Assembly: GCA_964016885.1 (NCBI GenBank)
Contig: OZ024742.1
Coordinates: forward strand, 102,238,001-102,302,000
Length of the DNA: 64,000 nucleotides
Reading direction: 5' to 3'
Source of the DNA: Eledone cirrhosa
Lineage: Eukaryota
The translations under genes were made by a program, and so were the position numbers. Positions 11,891 to 24,830 of the stretch are shown here, one piece after another (within the stretch, counting starts at the first letter, position 1; each line of letters begins with the position of its first letter). The notes under the pieces are model-generated. The model was given only the letters and a program-made list of their open reading frames with translations. It was not told the origin of the DNA and did not search any database.

Positions 11891-14110
11891 CAGTGATACC
11901 TTGAGATACGAGTTTAATTCGTTCCGTGACCGAGCTCGTAACTCAATTTACTCGTATCTCAAATCAATTTTCCCCATTGAAATTAACTGAAATGCTATTA
12001 ATCCGTTCTGACCCCCTAAAACCACACCAATTTATTTATGTTACGTGTTTTTAATAAGCAAAATATACTTTATAAATAACAAATAATGTATAATGAAATA
12101 ATAAGAACATAATAAAAGAGAATGTAAAGAAATAAACTGGATTTATTAAGTGTATTTACCTTCAAGATGAGACGAAAAAGCTGGCGGTGGTGGAGGAGAT
12201 TGGCAGGGGTGAAGGAGAATGACGGGGAAGGCTGTAAATGTTTTTCGTTTTGCGCTCTATCTCTTAACTTGACTTACTCACTACGCAGTTAATGCTATTT
12301 TTTATTGCTAAATTTAACTTACACACTATGCTACACTTAATCGCTAAACTTAATTGGTATTTTTTTTTACTTTTTTTTCTTTTCGTACCGTACGGTACTT
12401 AAGTTACTGTCATCATCATCTTCACTGACTTTTGGTTTTTTGGACACACTTTCCTCGCCTTCGCTTTGAGGGCGTTTCAATAAAAACCTGTCCAAGAAGG
12501 TTCGTTTTTTCCTCCCTTTTAAAATGTTTCTGAAATGAGTGAGGCAAGTGTCGTTAAACAGTGCCGACGCACGACTTGTTCCAACTTTTTCATTAATTTC
12601 CTGCCAAATCTCTGTATGCTGCTGGTCCTGTAGCTCCTTCAATTCCTCCGTTGTCAATTCCTCATTCTGCTCTTTGACGAGGTCGTTGACGTCTTCTTCG
12701 TCCACTTCCAGGCACATGGATTTTTCGATGGACACGATCTCCTCCTCCACTAACTCTTCGGGTTCGGGTTCGAATCCTTCGAAGTCTCTTTCGGACACAA
12801 CGTCGGGCCACAGCTTCTTCCATACAGAGTTTAAGGTCCTCCTTGTAACACCCTGCGAAGCAATGTCTATAATGTTGAGGCAGGCTACGATAGTGTAATG
12901 TTCTTTCCAGGATTCTCGAAGGGTAAGGTTTGTGTTTTTCGTAACCTCAAAGCAGCGCCGGAAGAGATGCTTGGTGAAGAGCTTTTTAAAATTCGAAATC
13001 ACCTGCTGGTCCATGGGTGAAGGATAAGGGTGGTGTTGGTTGGAAGGTACAATACCTTAATAAACTTGAATTCTTCTAAGATGTCATCCTTGAGATTTGG
13101 TGGGTGTGCGGGAGCATTGTCAAGGACGAGTAGGGCTTTCAGGGGCAGGTTATTATCTAAAAGATACTTCTTGACTACAGGACCCAAAACCATGTTTACC
13201 CAATGCACAAAAAACTCCCTAGTGACACATGCCTTTGGGTTTGCCCTCCACATAACCTGCAGTTTTTCTTTAAGAATCTTATGACTCTTAAAGTCCCTGG
13301 GGTTTTCCGAGTGGTATACGAGCAGCGGTTTAATCTTTAAATCGCCACTCGCATTTGCACACAGTGCAAGGGTCAACCTATTCTCCTCTGCTGTTATGTA
13401 CGTTCTCCTTGGCATCTTTTTCCAAAATAGCCCTGTCTCGTCACAGTTAAAGACTTGCTGGGGGATGTATTCTTCGGCCTCTACCAGTTCACCAACAAAT
13501 GAAGTAAATTCTTCAGCTGCCTTAAAATCTGAGCTTGCAGCCTCACCATGCCTGACGACGGAGTGAATGCCAGTCCTCTTTTTAAAATTATCAAACCATC
13601 CCAAACTGGCTTTGAATGACTCTTCCGAAGCCTCGTCCGAGGATGATCCCGCCGTCTGCCGCACCAAATCTCCATAAATAACTCGTGCCTTCTCACAGAT
13701 GATGGTCTCGGTTACGGTATCTCCAGCGAGCTCCTTCTCGGTCAACCACCCCAACAGTAACTTTTCCATCTCTTCATGGACAGAGGTCCGGAGCTTAGAT
13801 ATTATCTTAACCCCCTTGGCTGGTGTCATAGCCTTTATTGAATCCTTTTGTTTCAAAATAGTACATATTGTAGAAGTAATACGATCGTACTCCTTTACCA
13901 AGTCAATAACACCCACACCACACTCATGTTTTTCTACGATTTCGTGCTTAATATCCATAGACGTCATCCTTTTCTTTTTCTCGCCAGTGTTCTTGGCACC
14001 CACTTTCTTGGGACTCATGGTTGAAACTAAGATTTTTGTCGAAATAAACCAAAAGCAACTAAAATCACAACAGTAACACAACAGAGATGCTCGAGCGCCG
14101 AGGTCACCAC
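11891..14110 (-). mobile_element. Tigger/pogo DNA transposon (only the TIR at the transposase 3' end is seen)
   Basis: TA|CAGTGATACCTTGAGATACGA terminus at 11891 and an internal transposase. The matching TIR was not found. Confidence 0.85.
12367..14018 (-). pseudogene. Tigger (CENP-B-type HTH + DDE) transposase, frameshifted
   Basis: MSPKKV start, FKASLGWFDNFKKR, FNCDETGLFWK, LVLDNAPAHP and LPTNTT..HP/MDQQVI, with a frameshift near 13015 and small internal deletions. Confidence 0.92.
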
Positions 14111-14130
14111 GTGGACTGACCGCTCTCAGG

Positions 14131-14435
14131 CGGTTACTGAATTAATTTCGCCACTGAATTAATTTCGCCCGGTGAACCCCAACGAAAGTTACTCCCGTCG
14201 TTTATATCCGTAAAGTGACTAAAACAAATGTAATATATTTACGGTTAGGGTTATTTTTTAGGGTTATGGTTAGGGTTAGGGTTAGGGTTAATTCAACCCT
14301 AACCCTAACCATAACCGTAAATATATTACATTTGTTTTAATCTTTAGTCACTTTACGGATATAAACGACGGGAGTAACTTTGGTTGGGGTTCACCGGGCG
14401 AAATTAATTCAGTGGCGAAATTAATTCTGCACCCC
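14131..14435. mobile_element. Foldback MITE with internal TTAGGG/CCCTAA repeats and 8-bp TSD
   Basis: Inverted arms GAATTAATTTCGCCACTGAATTAATTTCGCCCGGTGAACCCC...; CTCTCAGG at 14123-14130 and 14436-14443. Confidence 0.85.
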
Positions 14436-14450
14436 CTCTCAGGAAGGTAT

Positions 14451-14493
14451 ACGGTGCTGACGATAGCTAATAAGCTTGAAACTAGTACATCGT
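14451..14493 (+). ncRNA. Minimal type-I hammerhead ribozyme
   Basis: acggtg CTGACGA t agct-aata-agct t GAA ACTAGT A catcgt: 6-bp stem I and palindromic helix III. Confidence 0.85.
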
Positions 14494-14821
14494 TCCTTTG
14501 TCAGTATTGAACAAAAGGGCAACGATGGTTGCTAAACACTGTACGGCTTAATTCGGGATGTTTGTTTACAAACAAACCGAGTATTATAATAAATGTTCGG
14601 TAAATCCATACGTACATATATATATATGTGTGCATGTATGTATATATATACATACTACTGTACGTCTGTATACATATATGTATGTACGTATACATACTTA
14701 TATTTAAGTAACAGCCGTACTAAGAGTGAGAAATGAAATTTCGTTTCATTTTTTCCATTTATATATATATATTTATATATACGATATTAATAAATGGAAA
14801 CTATATTTATAAAACCATATT

Positions 14822-14886
14822 TATTTCATTATACATATTTCAGGGATACCAAATTAAATTATGGTATGCCTTCATCAGACAAAATA
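14822..14886 (-). ncRNA. Type-I hammerhead ribozyme (antisense twin)
   Basis: Exact reverse complement of 15022-15086. Confidence 0.85.
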
Positions 14887-15021
14887 CAATATATAACAGT
14901 TTTACAAATAAGCTTTGACGTACCCTTTTAAAATGCAACCATTATTTAGATGGCTTCCAAAAATAATGGTTGCATTTTAAAAGGGTACGTCAAAGCTTAT
15001 TTGTAAAACTGTTATATATTG

Positions 15022-15086
15022 TATTTTGTCTGATGAAGGCATACCATAATTTAATTTGGTATCCCTGAAATATGTATAATGAAATA
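15022..15086 (+). ncRNA. Type-I hammerhead ribozyme
   Basis: tattttgt CTGATGA aggcatacca..tggtatccct GAA ATATGTAT A atgaaata: 8-bp stem I with 2 GU pairs. Confidence 0.85.
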
Positions 15087-15260
15087 AATATGGTTTTATA
15101 AACTTAGTTTCCATTTATTAATATCGTATATCTACTCCAAATACTTGTCGAGTGCTTTATATCAGTTATAAAAATATTTACTTGTTGTATCCCAACAATT
15201 TTAAATAGAACTTTTGCATATATTTATATATATATATATGTGTGTGTATGTGTGCGTGTG

Positions 15261-15360
<100 letters not shown>

Positions 15361-15564
15361 TGTGTGTGTGTGTGCGTATATATATACACACACACACGCA
15401 TATATATATATATAGAGAGAGAGAGGGAGAGGTGGGAGAGAGAGACAGAGGGTATATATGGAAGTCTATACAATATGTTTGTGTATAATAAACATGCACC
15501 GTCACCTTGTGACTATTTTAAGCTGTGATCAAATCATAGTTGCATTACTAATCGTGTGAGAACG

Positions 15565-15606
15565 CTAAATACTAGTATTTCAGGCTCGCTAATCCATCAT
15601 CAGTAA
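15565..15606 (-). ncRNA. Hammerhead-like motif with weak stems I and II
   Basis: tta CTGATGA t gg..cc t GAA ATACTAGTAT T tag, with a perfect 10-nt palindromic helix III. Confidence 0.6.
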
Positions 15607-15849
15607 GACCTACTCACTCAATTCTGGACCTTAGAAATTTATGTTTCTCATATATAGATTTTACAAAGAATTCTACTGCTAATTAATACTAACGCGTGGA
15701 GCACAATATGCAAATAAGCCATTGTCAACTCTTTCAAAATTCCGCGCCAAAATATAAACATTGATCCTTCATCACCTAATATATTTATTTATAGACACAG
15801 ACGGCACAACTGTCTACCCATAGACATTGATCAGAGAATCACGTAATCT

Positions 15850-17150
15850 ATATATAGATAGGAACACAATGATAGTCTACTTATAGATAGGGGACCACAA
15901 TAATAGTCTAACTATAGACAGGGACCACAGTAACAGTCTATCTATAGACAGAGACCACAGTAATAGTCTAACTATAGACAGGGGACCACAATAGTAGTCT
16001 AACTATAGACAGAGACCACAGTAACAGTCTATCTATAGACAGGGACCACAGTAATAGTCTAACTATAGACAGGGACCACAGTAACAGTCTATCTATAGAC
16101 AGGGACCACAGTAATAGTCTAACTATAGACAGGGGACCACAATAATAGTCTAACTATAGACAGAGACCACAGTAATAGTATATCTATAGACAGGGACCAC
16201 AGTAATAGTCTAACTATAGACAGGGACCACAGTAATAGTCTAACTATAGACAGGGACCACAGTAACAGTCTATCTATAGACAGAGACCACATCAATAGTC
16301 TAACTATAGACAGGGACCACAGTAACAGTATATCTGTAGACAGGGACTACAGTAATAGTCTAACTATAGACAGGGGACCACAATAGTAGTCTAACTATAG
16401 ACAGGGACCACAGTAACAGTCTATCTATAGACAGAGACCACATCAATAGTCTAACTATAGACAGGGACCACAGTAACAGTATATCTGTAGACAGGGACTA
16501 CAGTAATAGTCTAACTATAGACAGGGGACCACAATAGTAGTCTAACTATAGACAGGGACCACAGTAACAGTCTAACTATAGACAGAGACCACAGTAACAG
16601 TCTATCTATAGACAGGAACCACAGTAATAGTCTAACTATAGACAGGGACCACAGTAATAGTCTAACTATAGACAGGGACCACAGTAATAGTCTAACTATA
16701 GACAGAGACCACAGTAACAGTCTATCTATAGACAGGAACCACAGTAATAGTCTAACTATAGACAGGGACCACAGTAATAGTCTAACTATAGACAGGGACC
16801 ACAGTAATAGTCTAACTATTGACAGGGACCATAGTAATAGTCTAACTATTGACAGGGACCACAGTAATAGTCTAACTATAGACAGGGACCACAACAATAG
16901 TCTCACTATCAACAGGACCATAGCAATAGTCTCACTATAGACAGAGACAGTAGCAATATCTAACTATAGACAGGGACCATAGCAATAGTCTCACTATAGA
17001 CAGGACCATAGCAATAGTCTCACTATAGACAGACACAGTAGCAATAGTCTAACTATAGACAGGGACCATAGCAATAGTCTAACTATAGACAGGGACTATA
17101 GCAATAGTCTAACTATAGAAAGGGACCATAGCAATAGTCTCACTATAGAA
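15850..17150. repeat. 30-bp minisatellite (ACTATAGACAGGGACCACAGTAATAGTCTA)n
   Basis: Roughly 40 tandem units read directly. Confidence 0.97.
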
Positions 17151-17754
17151 AAAGACCGTTGAATTGATGTCTCAATTGACACCTAACACAACAATTGTCT
17201 TCAAGGACATTATAGGGATGGTGAGGGTTCGACTGAAAATATTTCATTAGAGTTCCTTGTTGCTTGTCACTATGGTTACAGCAAATAGTGGTGCTATAAC
17301 ATAGATATAACTGTATGGATGAAGAGGTGATGGCTGTGGTTGAGTGGGCACTGTTGAGTGTGGGGCGGATGAAGGAATGAGAGAGTGTAAGGGAGGAGAG
17401 AGTACGGTGAGAGAGAAGGGGGGAGAAACTGAGGCGAGGTTTGGGTTGGGTGAGAGGAGGAAAGCAAGTGTGAGAGATGGGAGAGTGGAGCTAATAAGAG
17501 AGTGTTATGGGTGGGAGGAGGAGAGACGAGATAGGAGAATGTGGGAATGTGGGAGATGGGAGGGTGAGAAGGAGAGAGAGAGAGGTGAGAGGGTGTCAGA
17601 GATGGGAGAGTGATGGAACATAATTGTGACGGGGCGGAGAGGAACATAAGAAAGTAGGTTTGGATGGTAGTGAGGGAGAGAGGGAGAGAGGGAGGGGAGA
17701 GAGGGGGAGAGAGAAGAGGGAGAAGAACGGGAATTAATATAAAGGAACGGAGAT

Positions 17755-18240
17755 AGAGATAGGGTTGGAGTGGGTGGAGTAGGAGGGAGAGATGGGGTTA
17801 GAGTGTGTGGAGTAGAAGGGAGAGATGGGGGTTAGGGTGTGTGGAGTAGGAGGGAGAGATGGGGTTAGAGTGGGTGGGGTAGGAGGGAGAGCTGGGGTTA
17901 GAGTCTGTGGAGTAGGAGGGAGAGCTGGGGTTAGAGTCTGTGGAGTAGGAGGGAGAGATGGGGTTAGAGTGTGTGGAGTAGGAGGGAGAGATGGGGGTTA
18001 GAGTGTGTGGAGTAGGAGGGAGAGATGGGGGTTAGAGTGTGTGGAGTAGGAGGAAGAGATGGGGGTTAGAGTGTGTGGAGTAGGAGGGAGAGATGGGGTT
18101 AGAGTGTGTGGAGTAGGAGGGAGTGATGGGGGTTAGTGTATGAGGAGTACGAGAGAGTGATGTGGTTGGAGTGTGTGAGGGAGGAGGGAGAGTTCGGGTT
18201 AGCGCGTGTGGAGTAGAAGGGAGCGATAGGGTTAGTGTTT
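17755..18240. repeat. 33-34-bp G-rich minisatellite
   Basis: (GAGTAGGAGGGAGAGATGGGGTTAGAGTGTGTG)n. Confidence 0.92.
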
Positions 18241-18823
18241 GGAGGGGGGGTTGAAGTGTTGGGGAGAAGGAGAGGTGAGTGTAAAATGTAGTGGGAGAGA
18301 AAAGCAGCGGGTGGTAGAAGTGTGAATAAGTGGGGAGTGGAGGGTGGGGATGTGTGGGGGAATAGAAGATGGAGAAGTAAAGTGAGAGAAGAGACTATAG
18401 AAGGGGGAGGGTCAGTGGTAGTTGAAAGAATGTGGTGGTGGGGGTAGTGGTGGTAGTGGTGTTGGAGGTGTCGTTGATATTGTTGGTAGTGGCGGTGGTA
18501 TCGTCGTCGTCGTGTTTGTTGTTGTTGGTAGTGGTGGCGGTGGTGGTGTCGTCGGTGTCCTTGTTGTGGGGGAGGTAGTGGTGGTGGTAGCGTCGGTGTC
18601 TTTGTTTTGTGTGTGTGGGTGTAGTGGTGGTGGTATCGGTGTTTCTTTGGGGGGAGGGGTAGTGGTGGTTGTGGTGTCGGTGTCTCTGTTGTGGGGGAAG
18701 GGTTTAGTGATGGTGGTGGTGGTGGTAGTGGCGTCGGTGTTTGTTGTTGGTGATGGCAGTGGTTTCGTTGTCGTTGTTGTTGTTGGGAGTGGTGGTGGCG
18801 TCAGTGTCTTCGTTGTTGTTGTT

Positions 18824-18960
18824 GTTTAACCCCAGGCATCAATCCTAATGGAAGAGACCTATGGTCAACAGCATGCCAGTCGTGATCGCCATGTCATGTT
18901 CCTATAGACATGGGACCCGGGACCATACTAGCTATCCTATGTGACGTTCTAAGAAGATGT
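18824..18960 (+). repeat. Unclassified dispersed repeat family C (also ~24345, 34960, 35695, 35890, 43835)
   Basis: Shared consensus-like TTAACCCCAGG..CTGAT..CTATGATCAAAG..TTCCAGCC(A/G)TGA. Confidence 0.65.
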
Positions 18961-18999
18961 ATGTGTATGAGTGCTAATGTGATAGAGATAGAATAAGAG

Positions 19000-19030
19000 A
19001 TACTATAGAGAAAGACAAACAGAGAGAGAG

Positions 19031-19066
<36 letters not shown>

Positions 19067-19449
19067 AGAGAGAGGAGAGAAGGAGTGAGGGGGGAGGGGG
19101 GGTAAGGTAGAGGGAAATAGGGGGGGGGGTGATAACGGTGGAGAGTCAGAGAATGAGGGAGCGAGAGAAAGGCGGAGAGACAGTGATAGAGAATGAGAGA
19201 GAGCAAATGTATTTACATGTGTATGTGTATGTGTGTGCGGCGAGAACAGAGAGAGGGGGAGAGAGAAATATAAAGAGAGCAGAAAGAGAAGAAATTGAAT
19301 AAAAACAGGGAGAGACAGAAAGGGAGAGAGAGAGAGAGATAGAAAGTGAGAGAGAGAGAAGAGAAGATGATTGTAGAGAGAGGAAAAGAGGGGTAAGAGT
19401 GATAATTGGTAGAGAGAGAGAGACAGGAAGAGAGTAGAGAGAGGGAGCT

Positions 19450-19480
<31 letters not shown>

Positions 19481-20125
19481 GAGATGGTGATTGTAGAGAG
19501 AGGAAAAAAGAGGAGAGAGAGTAGTAAGTGTTAGAGAGAGAGAGAGGGGGGGAGTAGAGAGAGAGACAGAGTAGATGATGATTGTAGAGAGAGGAAAATA
19601 GGAGAGAGAGAGAGAGAGAGATAATTGGTTAAGAGAGGGAAGAAGCGAGAGAGAGAGAGAGGGGGGGGGGCAGAAAGTAGAGAGAGAGAGAGAGAGAGAG
19701 AGGCAAGAAATAGAGAGAGAAAGTGAGAGAGAGAGGCAAAGAGTAGAGAGAGAGGCAAGAAGTAGAGAGAGAAAGTGAGAGAGAGAGAGGCAAAGAGTAG
19801 AGAGAGAGACAAGAAGTAGAGAGAGAAAGTGAGAGAGAGGCAAAGAGTAGAGCGAGAGAGAGGCAGGAAGTAGAGAGAGAAAGTGAGAGAGAGACGTGAG
19901 TCATCTAGCTAATATAAGCTAGGAATTCCCCCGTATCGCCCTGCTTACATCAATATTATAACACCCTCCACCCACCCCTCTGACTCATGGTTTGTTGTTG
20001 TTTACAAAGTATTGCTCTCAGCACTACTGCACACCACCTTGGAAATATATATATACAAATACATATACACTTTTTCACTGAGACAGACACGTGTATATAA
20101 GAGAAGGTATATATATATGTATATA

Positions 20126-20199
<74 letters not shown>

Positions 20200-20344
20200 G
20201 TATGTATATATATTTTTGTATATATTTATATATATGTATTTTCATATGTATGTATATGTATATACATAAATATGAAATACACACTATATATATGTATGTA
20301 TGTATATATACATACATACATACTCATATATATATACACACATA

Positions 20345-20403
<59 letters not shown>

Positions 20404-20528
20404 ATATATATACATATATATACCTTCTCTTATATACACGTGTTTGTATACACACACACACATATATATATATATACATATATATATGTGTGTGTGTATA
20501 TATATATATATGTATATATATTTATATA

Positions 20529-20572
<44 letters not shown>

Positions 20573-20596
20573 TATATATTTATATATATATATATA

Positions 20597-20627
<31 letters not shown>

Positions 20628-20827
20628 GAGTATGTATGTATGTATATATACATACATACATATATATATATAGTGTGTATTTCATATGTATGTATACATA
20701 TACATACATGAAATACACACTAGGTGTCCCATTATTGGTATCTTACTTACAGGACACCCCGTGCATATGTCTTTGTGTGTGAGTGTGTGAGTGTGAGTGT
20801 GTATGTGTGTGTGTGTGTACACGCACA

Positions 20828-20886
<59 letters not shown>

Positions 20887-21135
20887 GACCACGTGTGTAT
20901 CTGTGAATACACAGCTCTATCTAAATATATTTACAATGCAACCGATGAATGAAATAGGGGAGAGAAAAAATATGGGAATGCATATAAAAATATAGATATA
21001 TATGCAGGGTGTCCCGGAAAAAGGTGTACACACTTCAATAGCATTCCAATAAAAATGTGTATACATGTTTTTGGGACACCCTATACATATACATGTATAT
21101 ATATATATATATACATACACACACACACATATATG

Positions 21136-21231
<96 letters not shown>

Positions 21232-21289
21232 CAATGATTGATATATTTTGATATACACAAAAATTTTGTATATATAATGTATACATTCG

Positions 21290-21321
<32 letters not shown>

Positions 21322-21484
21322 TGTATGTATGTATGTATGTATGTATGTACGTATGTATGTATGCATGTATGAATGGATGGATGAATGGATGGTATGTATG
21401 TACGTATGTATGTATATGCATGTATGTGCATGAATGTATGTAACTATGTATATATGTATGTATTTAATTATATACGTATCTATG

Positions 21485-21572
<88 letters not shown>

Positions 21573-21860
21573 CATACATATATATATATATGTACATATA
21601 TATATATATATATATGTACATATTTTTATCCGCCAACGTAAAACACATGCAGTCGTTTCTGTGTTTGTGTGCTGGTGTGTATGCATGTGTGTAAATATAT
21701 GTAGGTGTGTGTGTGTGTGTGTGTGTGCGTGCGTTCGTAAATGTTTATTTATCATTCATAAATACATACATTCATGCATATATGTATGAATAACTTCATG
21801 CATATATGTATTTGCTAGCACACATATACATAAATAGTTGTGACTGTGTGTGTGTGTGTG

Positions 21861-21927
<67 letters not shown>

Positions 21928-22344
21928 ATATCTCTTTTTCACTCTTCCTCTCTTTGTTTATGTTTGTGGGTGTGGTTGTGTCAAATAGACAGAAAAAGAT
22001 GGAAAAAGATGAGAGAAAAATTGTTGCCCGTATCTGTGGGCGGGTCACCGCGCGTGTGTGTGTGTGTTTGTGTTTTTTTGTGTGTGTGTTTATGTTTGTT
22101 TGTGTGTGTGTGTGTGTGCTTGTGTGTTTTTGTGTGTGTTTTTGTTTGTGTGTGTGTGTAAATACAAAAAGCTTAAAAAAAGAACATACACACTAATGTA
22201 TAAATACAGTTAGAAATATATTCCCTCAGACACATACATTTATGCACACACCCACACACCATATGTACACATACGCACCCCCCTCACGTGCACGCCCACT
22301 CGCTCACATACACATACATTCTTTGATACACACACACACACGTG

Positions 22345-22379
<35 letters not shown>

Positions 22380-22420
22380 GTATATATGCACTCCTCCTTA
22401 CACACACACAGCCACATACC
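19000..22420. repeat. Compound microsatellite block: (GA)n, (TA)n, (TG)n, (TATG)n
   Basis: Read directly; accounts for all ORFs in this interval. Confidence 0.95.
21005..21083. mobile_element. Tiny Tc1/mariner-type MITE (smaller relic at 20722-20762)
   Basis: CAGGGTGTCCC..AAAA..TGTACACAC / TGTGTATACA..TTTTTGGGACACCCTA inverted ends in a TA context. Confidence 0.7.
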
Positions 22421-22667
22421 CACATATACACCCCCACCCGCCATACCCTTGCTGAGTTTCCAATACTTTTAAGGTTGTGAACCCAAAGCCCCCTCATATA
22501 TCTGATTGATTCAGTCACTGTTGGAATATTTACCCTACACATACAATGTACTCTATTACACCCCCAACCCTCTACCGACCATCACTGTCCACATACTACC
22601 CACAGGTCAAGCTAATAATATCTTGCTACGTTTTATATTCTGATTTATTTACTTCATCACATTTCCA

Positions 22668-24830
22668 AGGCGGCGAATTGGCAGAGTGATTGGAATGTAG
22701 GATAAAATACTTAACGGTGTTCGTTCCGGGTCTCTGCGCTCACTTGACTTCAAAACCCGCTGAGGTCAACTTTGCTTTTCATCCTTCTTAGGGACGGTAA
22801 ACTAAAGTACCAGTCAAGTACTAGGGTTGATATAATCGCTTCCCTCTTCCCTCACAAAATTACTGGCCTTGTGCTTAAATTAGATATCATTTGCTTATTC
22901 GTAGGTGACCAATTTGCAGAATTGTTAGAACGTCGGATAGAATGTTTTGTGGTGTTCATTCTGACTCACTGGACTCTGAGTTCAAATCCCGCCGTGGTTA
23001 ACTTTGCCTTTCGTCCTTTCGAAGTTGGTAAAAAAATAAACAAAATAAACTACCAGTCTAGTACTGGGGTCAATCCTTCCTCTATATCTCTTTTTCAATT
23101 CCTCTCTATCACTCTCTCTTTCTCTGGAAGAAATTGGCTGTGTTCAGACATGGAGAGGGGATGGGCTCCGCCAAATTTAAAATGTCAAAGACAGGAGTTA
23201 CCGATTAATACATACATCACATTTTCTTTTTTATTGGTTGTTATTATTTATAACCCGAGAAGGACAGTGGATCGACAGAATTGGAAGAGCGTCGGACAAC
23301 ATGCTTAACAGCATAGAGTTACGGCCCTTTACATTCTGAGTTCAAATACCCGCCGATGTTAGCTTTACCTTTCATCTTTACGGAGTCAATAAAATAAAGT
23401 ACCAGTAATGCACTGGGGGTCGATTTAATCTACTTTCCCCACCCATCAAATTGCTGGCCTTGTGCTTATAGTAGAAATCATTAATTATAACCAATAAAGT
23501 AGTGGTTTGGCAGAACCGTTAGGGTCAACCGATTAAAAATGCCTCTTCGGTATTAGTTCCGGCTCATTGCACCCTGAGTTCAAATCCCACTGAAGTTAAT
23601 TTTATCTTACCGGGTTTAATTCAATTGACTTTTACTCCTCCCTTAAATTGCAGGCCTTATGCCCAAATAGAAACTATTGAGGGCGGTGGATTGGCAGAAT
23701 TGGTTGAGCGTCTGACAAATTGATTTGCGGTGTTTGTTCTGACATTCAAGTCTAAGTTCAAATATGACCGAGGTCAATTTTACCATTTATCATTCCGCAG
23801 TCGATAAAATAAAGTACCAGTCAAGCACTGGGGTCAATATAATTAACTTTTCCCTTCCCCCAAATTACCGGCCTTGTGTCTAGATTAGAGCTCATTTATC
23901 CACTTCATCACATTTCCCCTTTTGTTAGATGTTGTTGTTGATGATGATTATCCCCAAATGATTCAGTGGCAGATTGCTAGAAGAAATGCTTTGAAGTATA
24001 TCTTCCGCCTCTTTACGTTCTGAGTTCAAATCGCACCGGAGTCAACTTTGCCTTTTTTTCCTTCTGGGGTCTATAAAATATAGTACCAGTGACATACTGG
24101 GGTTTATGTAATCAACTTACCCCTCCCCATATATTGGTCTTGTACCTAAATTAATTTCTAATTTAGGCACAAGGTCATCAAATGTGGCGAAAGGGCAAAG
24201 TTGATTAAATCGACCCCAGTACTTGATTGGTATTTTATTTTATCGACCTCGGAAGGAAGAAAGGCAAAGTTGACCTTGGCGGGGTTTGAACTTAGAAAGT
24301 AAAGACCCAGAAGGAAAATCGCAATAGCATTTTAACCTTACCTATCCCCAGGTCAGTTCTGATTAAGTATATCAATGATCAAGTATATCAATGATCAAAG
24401 ATATTCCAGATGTGAGTAACCCGCCTTTTGTTTGTATATCAGAGATAACATAGTCTAATATCTATTGTTCATCCCTCTTTAAAGGTAGTAGATTGTATTT
24501 TAGTAAAATCTGGCTGTTTTTACTTACTGTTCCACTTACCACTCGGGTAACTTTCCACTGCGATAGCTATAGAACCAACGTGTGCGCTTCTACGTGATCG
24601 CTCAATCGGCAAGAAGTAGTAACGGAATTCCCTCAAATAAGGAACCTAGCCAGTTTCTTCCAAATAAGAAAAGAGTGAGCGAGGGACACAGAGAAAAGGA
24701 TATAGTAGAAAAATCGACCACAGTACTGAACTGGTACTTCTTTATCGACCTCGAAATTGATCTCAGTGGGGTTTGAACTCAAAGCTCAGAGACCCGGAAC
24801 AAATTTCACAAACATTCTATTCGACATTGT
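22668..24830. mobile_element. Cluster of about 8 family A SINEs (six on +, then two on -)
   Basis: Repeated B-box and core motifs at ~22668, 22903, 23262, 23500, 23681 and 23965 (+), and ~24155 and 24710 (-). Confidence 0.85.

Larger units (their letters stand above)
14777..15131. mobile_element. 171-bp-arm foldback (inverted pLTR)
   Basis: Arms 14777-14947 and 14961-15131 with 2 mismatches seen. The adjoining 15132-15220 recurs inverted at ~40720-40805. Confidence 0.92.

Noticed and set aside
12539-14076. Plus-strand ORFs over the Tigger element (likewise antisense ORFs over the RTEs)
   Set aside because: Antisense shadows of transposon coding sequence.
14240-14320. Telomere fusion site
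   Set aside because: Only a few repeats, and they lie inside a TSD-bounded MITE.
16511-16921. LRR-like (SLSIVRLLLW)n ORF
   Set aside because: Translation of the 30-bp minisatellite; the frame breaks in adjacent units.
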